DNA of 40,634 nucleotides, from assembly GCA_021787535.1 (NCBI GenBank), contig JAJYLR010000001.1, forward strand, positions 449,687 to 490,320, written 5' to 3'. Positions 36,058 through 40,634 of the stretch are shown here, in pieces (position 1 is the stretch's first letter; every line of letters begins with the position of its first letter). A program made the position numbers and the translations under genes. Under the pieces are notes generated by a model that was given only the letters and a program-made list of their open reading frames with translations, was not told the origin of the DNA and did not search any database. The DNA is from a bacterium (GTDB taxonomy: Bacteria > Patescibacteriota > CPR2 > UBA1875 > JAJYID01).

Positions 36058-36665
36058 GTGAAGGGAAAAACTCTAATAAAAATATTTATGCAGTTTTCGC
36101 GCACGCCATAACTTATGTCACTTCACCGGCCATAGTTGGCGGGTTTCTTCTCTTTTATACTCTCTATATTTTCAGTCCAAATGAAAGACTTTTTCTAGAG
36201 ACTTTCGGGGCTATTTTTTTCTTTTCGATTATCTTACCGGTACTTTTCACATTCTATTTAATGAGAAAAGAAAAGGTTGGCAACTTTCATATGAAAGAAA
36301 GGGAAGAGAGAACTATGCCTTTTGCTTTCGCCATGATCGCATCGGCCATCTCACTCCTCGCCGTCAAACTCCTGGGAGTAAACCATGAGTTTTTCAGAAT
36401 AGTCATCACTTTCTACCTCATGGGGCTCGGCTATGTCGTCATAAATATCTTGCGATTTAAAATAAGCGGCCACATATTTGTCTCTACTGCTTCACTGCTG
36501 ATTTTGACTTTCTTTGTCGATGTCCGCTTCGTCTTTTTGGCTCCGCTGATTATTCTAATTGGCTGGTCTAGGGGCAAACTAAAAGAACACTCGTTCGGCG
36601 AAGTCGCAGGAAGCCTAGCCTACTCCCTAATCTCCTTCATCATTTTCTCGTTTTTATTTCAGTAG
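36054..36665 (+). CDS. PAP2-superfamily-like membrane protein
   Basis: Multiple TM helices; KISGH and SRGKLKEH match PAP2 motifs 2 and 3. Confidence 0.75.
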   Translation: MSEGKNSNKNIYAVFAHAITYVTSPAIVGGFLLFYTLYIFSPNERLFLETFGAIFFFSIILPVLFTFYLMRKEKVGNFHMKEREERTMPFAFAMIASAISLLAVKLLGVNHEFFRIVITFYLMGLGYVVINILRFKISGHIFVSTASLLILTFFVDVRFVFLAPLIILIGWSRGKLKEHSFGEVAGSLAYSLISFIIFSFLFQ

Positions 36666-36667
36666 GC

Positions 36668-36697
36668 TGTCATTCCGAGCAAAGCCGAGAAATCCCT
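36668..36697 (+). repeat. REP-like repeat copy
   Basis: TGTCATTCCGAG...CGAGAAATCCC. Confidence 0.6.
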
Positions 36698-36749
36698 TTA
36701 TGAACAATTGAAACCAAGTGCTCTAACTGGTATAATAAACGAGTTATTT

Positions 36750-36823
36750 TCGGGAGTAGCCAAGTGGTAAGGCAACGGGTTTTGGTCCCGTGATCGCAGG
36801 TTCGAGTCCTGCCTCCCGAACCA
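36750..36823 (+). tRNA. tRNA-Gln(TTG)
   Basis: Acceptor stem TCGGGAG/CTCCCGA + A + CCA; anticodon arm ACGGG-TTTTGGT-CCCGT; GGTTCGAGTCC; promoter TTGAAA-N17-TATAAT (36708-36736). Confidence 0.97.
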
Positions 36824-36869
36824 ATACGAGCAAGTTACCTAATGCGCATCATAGAATAGAAGGTATATC

Positions 36870-37376
36870 ATGGAAAATTTTATTAAGTCACTCCATAAGG
36901 CAATTAAGAATTGTAATTGGTATGCCGCATTATTTATAGCTATCTCTTTACCTGATATTTGTGGCAAGATTGAATACCCTCGTAAGGAGTCTAGCGTGAG
37001 ATATGCCGATTGGTTTGATAAATATTTGAAGTCATATAAAGGATTCCTATCAGGGAAAGATTGCTATGCTCTTAGATGTGCCTTATTACATGAAGGAAGC
37101 GCAGATATCACAAATCAAAAAATAAGAGAAGTCTTGGAATACTTTGTGTTTTTGCCAAAAGGACCTCACTGCAATTTAATTAAAAATTGTGTCATTTATG
37201 GTAAAAATCAATCCTTTTTACAACTCAGGGTTGATACTTTCACTTCTGATTTGGCTAATGGTGTTGAATCTTGGCTCCAGGACATTAAAGATAATGAGAT
37301 AATAATAAAAAGATGTGATGAAACAATTAAGATTTATGAATCTGGTTTCACAGTCGGTGGAATACATTTTTGTTGA
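36870..37376 (+). CDS. Hypothetical protein with HEPN-like Rx4H motif
   Basis: Helical protein, ALFIAISLPDICG...YALRCALLHEG; AT-rich, directly after tRNA-Gln. Confidence 0.7.
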   Translation: MENFIKSLHKAIKNCNWYAALFIAISLPDICGKIEYPRKESSVRYADWFDKYLKSYKGFLSGKDCYALRCALLHEGSADITNQKIREVLEYFVFLPKGPHCNLIKNCVIYGKNQSFLQLRVDTFTSDLANGVESWLQDIKDNEIIIKRCDETIKIYESGFTVGGIHFC

Positions 37377-37424
37377 GTCCTGGGATTCTTGAGCGGAGAG
37401 CTGAACCAAAAAAGGAAGGTAAAA

Positions 37425-37907
37425 ATGAAAAAAGACAAATTAGTTTTCGAAAGTGATAATTTTAATTTAACATCAGTCGAGTATCCTCACGTAACCAGAA
37501 CAGATGGAGGACATTTAAAAATTACTCCCAAAGTCCACTATGCCGATAGGCTTGAGTTATCACCAGAGTTAGCAGTAGAAATGGCTTGGATTACAATGCT
37601 AGCCGGCGAAGCCATGACAACAGCTCTCAAGAATAGAGGTATTGATATAGGTCTCATTAATTATCAGGACAATAAGAACTGGAGTGTCTTTAAACCGGAA
37701 GGCCCTTATTTGCATATTCATTTATATGGGAGAGCGAAAGATGCAAAAATTCATAAATATGGAGATGCATGCCAGTTTCCGCATCGAGAAACCGGTTTTT
37801 ACGATAAGTTTGAACCATTGAACGATGGGGATATAAAAGAAATTCAAAAACAGATTCAAAAACTATTAAAACAAAATAAATATCAAAAAGAGAATTGGCA
37901 TCTTTAA
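37425..37907 (+). CDS. HIT-like family protein
   Basis: PH....GGHL.I.PK.H and LHIHLYGR; ATG 37425 after AGGAAGG. Confidence 0.7.
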   Translation: MKKDKLVFESDNFNLTSVEYPHVTRTDGGHLKITPKVHYADRLELSPELAVEMAWITMLAGEAMTTALKNRGIDIGLINYQDNKNWSVFKPEGPYLHIHLYGRAKDAKIHKYGDACQFPHRETGFYDKFEPLNDGDIKEIQKQIQKLLKQNKYQKENWHL

Positions 37908-39280
37908 TGACAAAGAAAACACATTACCATTTCATTGGAATAGGGGGGATTGGGATGAGCGCGCTGGCTCAGATACTTTTGGAACGGGGATACAAAGTCA
38001 GCGGTTCGGACTTAGTTGAAAATCCTATTACTAAAAATCTGCAGAAAATCGGCGCTCGAATATTTATAGGCCATAATGAGAGAAATCTTACTAAGGATAC
38101 CAATTTTGTCATTATAAACGCGGCGATCACTGAAAAAAATCCGGAAATAAAAGCCGCAAAAAAACTGGGTATTCCTATTATGACCCGCGGAGAACTGCTG
38201 GGTCGTCTCATGGATGAAAAAGTGGGGATTGCGGTCACCGGCACTCATGGTAAAACTACTACCTCAAGTTTGCTGGCAGAAATATTTGAATATGCGAAGC
38301 TCGACCCGGATATCGCTGTCGGCGGAGAAGTGGGAAATATCGGTGGAAATGCCAAAAGCGGGAAAGGGAAGTATTTCATCGCCGAAGCTTGCGAGTACAA
38401 AAGATTTTTTGCAGATATCAGTCCGCACATCGCTATCATTACAAATATCGAGGAGGATCATCTCGACTATTACAAAGATCTGAATGATATTAAGTCAGCA
38501 TTTTCAGACTTCACAAAAAATATTAAAAAAGACGGCTTCCTTCTGGCATGCTTTGACGATGAAAATACCAGAGAAGTAGCCGAAGATTTTGATGGCAAGG
38601 TGATTTCCTACGGTATCTCTAAAGAAGGATTAAACTATCGAGCTTGCAATATCAAAGTTGAAGACCATCTGCAAAAGTTCAGTGTCTCAAAAAACGGATC
38701 GGATCTGGGCGAGTTTGAGCTTAAAGTACCCGGCATCCACAGTATTTTAAATGCCACGGCAGCCATCGCAGTATCTCTGGAGTGCGGTATCAAACTCGGA
38801 TCAATTAAAGAAAGTGTGGCAAACTTCGACGGTGTGATACGGAGAATGCAAACAAAGGGAGAACTTGATGGAATAACAGTAATCGATGACTATGCCCATC
38901 ATCCGACAGAAATAAATGCGACACTGCAGGCACTCAAAAGCTTTTATCCAAAAAGGAAAGTCTGGTGTGTTTTTCAGCCGCACCAGCACTCCAGGACCAG
39001 AATGCTCTTGGATAGTTTTGTCAGCTCTCTATATCTGGCAGACGAGATTATTATCCCGAAAATCTATCCGGTCCGTGATACGCCGGAAGATATCGCAAGC
39101 ATTTCAGGGGACAACGTAGTGAAACTTCTAAAAAAACAAGGCAAGTCCGCAAAATATATTCCTGACTTTAAAGATACGGTCAAGGAACTCAGAGCCAATA
39201 CTAAAGAAGGTGATATTATTCTCACTATGGGAGCCGGCCCGGTCAACAAAATCGGAGAAATGTATTTGAGTATTGAATAG
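37907..39280 (+). CDS. murC: UDP-N-acetylmuramate--L-alanine ligase
   Basis: HFIGIGGIGMSALA, V.GTHGKTTT, TNIE.DHLD, DDYAHHPTEI, FQPH, TMGAG; TAATG overlap. Confidence 0.97.
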   Translation: MTKKTHYHFIGIGGIGMSALAQILLERGYKVSGSDLVENPITKNLQKIGARIFIGHNERNLTKDTNFVIINAAITEKNPEIKAAKKLGIPIMTRGELLGRLMDEKVGIAVTGTHGKTTTSSLLAEIFEYAKLDPDIAVGGEVGNIGGNAKSGKGKYFIAEACEYKRFFADISPHIAIITNIEEDHLDYYKDLNDIKSAFSDFTKNIKKDGFLLACFDDENTREVAEDFDGKVISYGISKEGLNYRACNIKVEDHLQKFSVSKNGSDLGEFELKVPGIHSILNATAAIAVSLECGIKLGSIKESVANFDGVIRRMQTKGELDGITVIDDYAHHPTEINATLQALKSFYPKRKVWCVFQPHQHSRTRMLLDSFVSSLYLADEIIIPKIYPVRDTPEDIASISGDNVVKLLKKQGKSAKYIPDFKDTVKELRANTKEGDIILTMGAGPVNKIGEMYLSIE

Positions 39281-39329
39281 TCTATTTTCGACTATCGCGG
39301 TTCGAAAAAAGAGGATGAACCGAATGAAT

Positions 39330-39567
39330 ACTTTGAAAAGACCGCTTGTCTTTAGTCCGACTGAAAGGAGTTTGGTTTTTCAAAGATGAATGAGTTGAAA
39401 TCCGACATTTCGAGAAGCCGCCTAGCCGGCAGTTTTTGCCAAACTTTTTGCTGTCAAAAAGTTTGATAAGAAATGACTTTTTCTAAAAAAGTAGATTTCC
39501 AATTCTACAAAAACGGAGAGGTAATCAAAGATAACGAAGGAAAGATTCTGGACAAGCCAGAATGACA
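39330..39567. repeat. Cluster of intergenic palindromes / repeat remnants
   Basis: CTTTGAAAAGACC/GGTTTTTCAAAG stem, CAAACTTTTTG/CAAAAAGTTTG stem, and REP copy AGATTCTGG..CCAGAATGACA. Confidence 0.5.
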
Positions 39568-39575
39568 ATTCTAAC

Positions 39576-39633
39576 TTATCCCCACTTTATCCACAATAAA
39601 GATATTGACATAGCTTTTCTTTACCTATAATAT
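39576..39633 (+). promoter_or_regulatory. DnaA boxes and sigma70 promoter
   Basis: TTATCCCCA (39576), TTATCCACA (39587), TTGACA (39605)-N17-TAATAT. Confidence 0.65.
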
Positions 39634-39639
39634 TTTTAC

Positions 39640-39776
39640 AACGTTCCTTTTTGAGAGGGACAGGAACGACAGAGGTCTGTGGATAAATAATTATACATGT
39701 GTATCCCTTCAGACAGCTGAAAAAATTAACTCTCAATCACCCCCAAACAAAAAACGCTCGCAAGAGTGTTTTTTGT
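39640..39776 (+). ncRNA. Candidate structured ncRNA (6S-like rod)
   Basis: No evident ORF/SD between promoter and GCAA-loop terminator (39747-39776); nested pairings TTGAGAG/CTCTCAA, CAG/CTG, GTCTG/CAGAC, GGATA/TATCC around an internal bubble. Confidence 0.45.
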
Positions 39777-39797
39777 ATTTTATGATATACTTTTTTC

Positions 39798-40634
39798 ATG
39801 ATAATCAAAGATGAAATCTATGGAGAAGTTGAAGTAAGAGATTCTATCCTTTTAGAACTTATGGATTCAGATTCACTTAAAAGACTAAAGGGAATTTCCC
39901 AATACGGTGTGCCTAACCAATACTACTTTAAGAAAAATTTTAATCGATTCGATCATAGTATAGGAGTAATGCTGCTTTTAAAGATATTGGGCGCTCCTTT
40001 GGAAGAACAAGTCGCAGGACTTTTGCATGATGTAAGTGTCACATCATTCTCACATATTGCAGACTGGGTTCTATCTGAAGGACATTCAGGCAAGGAAGAT
40101 TATCACGATTCAATTCACGACACTTTTGTCAGAAAAACAGATATACCAGATATTCTAAAGAAGCATAAATTTTCAACTGAAAGAATACTTGACGATAAAA
40201 ATTTTCCCCTGCTTGAAAATAATTTGCCTGATATTTGCGCCGATAGAGTTGATTACGCTTTAAGAGAAATTTTTTATACTTATAATCCGGAACTAATCAA
40301 AGAATTTTTGCCTACACTGACTGTCGACAAAAATACAATTGTTTTTTGCAAACTCTCGGCTGCTAGTTTATTTGCTAATAAGTTCCTGGATCTCCAAATC
40401 ACCCACTGGGGGTCGAAAGAAGCTGTGAAGAGATATTTTTTCTTTTCAAATGCACTAAAGAGAGGAATTAAATTAAATATTTTATCGCCTGACGATTTCT
40501 GGAAAAGTGAAAGAGAAATCTTGCATATCATAGAAGCTAGCAAAGACCAACAGATTAAAGAGATCTTAAAAGCTTTATCAAATGATAATATGAAAAAAAT
40601 AGGAGAAAGGGTTTATAAAAAGTTCAGATACATC
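39798..40634 (+). CDS. HD-domain phosphohydrolase (3' end outside the window)
   Basis: MIIKDEIYG...LKRLKGISQYG...RFDHSIGV...AGLLHDVS..SFSH...CADRVDY; no stop in the window; leaderless. Confidence 0.88.
   Translation, partial: MIIKDEIYGEVEVRDSILLELMDSDSLKRLKGISQYGVPNQYYFKKNFNRFDHSIGVMLLLKILGAPLEEQVAGLLHDVSVTSFSHIADWVLSEGHSGKEDYHDSIHDTFVRKTDIPDILKKHKFSTERILDDKNFPLLENNLPDICADRVDYALREIFYTYNPELIKEFLPTLTVDKNTIVFCKLSAASLFANKFLDLQITHWGSKEAVKRYFFFSNALKRGIKLNILSPDDFWKSEREILHIIEASKDQQIKEILKALSNDNMKKIGERVYKKFRYI

Noticed and set aside
37372-37382. GAGTCCTG matching the tRNA-Gln T-arm as a possible att-site duplication
   Set aside because: Only 8 bp and no integrase nearby; compatible with chance.
39280-39790. 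Replication origin
   Set aside because: Only two perfect DnaA boxes, no dnaA/dnaN, and no change in gene orientation visible.

Overview
Co-directional (+ strand dominated) chromosomal segment from a small-genome bacterium. Gene content and style suggest a Patescibacteria/CPR organism (inference only): sortase, PEGA and DUF11 surface proteins, many leaderless genes and AT-rich repeat-filled spacers. It uses genetic code 11 (TGA stops, RF2 present). Core genes: secA (5'-truncated), plsY, prfB, ftsE-ftsX, a CtpA-like protease, rplI, rpmA, murA-mreB, yhaM, gltX, murC, tRNA-Leu(CAA), tRNA-Gln(TTG) and a 3'-truncated HD protein. Notable accessory structure: (1) several promoter-to-terminator micro-operons encoding 30-63 aa, mostly hydrophobic peptides with strong Shine-Dalgarno sites, most of them missed by the ORF track; one peptide aligns by eye with Ff inovirus coat protein, and one single-gene cassette has complementary 5' and 3' UTRs; (2) three tandem PcsB/CwlO-like hydrolases behind ftsEX that share a coiled-coil scaffold but carry CHAP/C39/CHAP domains; (3) a copper/thiol-redox locus with twin promoters and a repeated palindromic operator; (4) a candidate rod-shaped ncRNA with promoter, terminator and DnaA boxes; (5) a HEPN-like gene next to tRNA-Gln; (6) dispersed REP-like and degenerate 7-9-mer repeat elements. 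All family assignments come from motif recognition by eye; no database searches were run.
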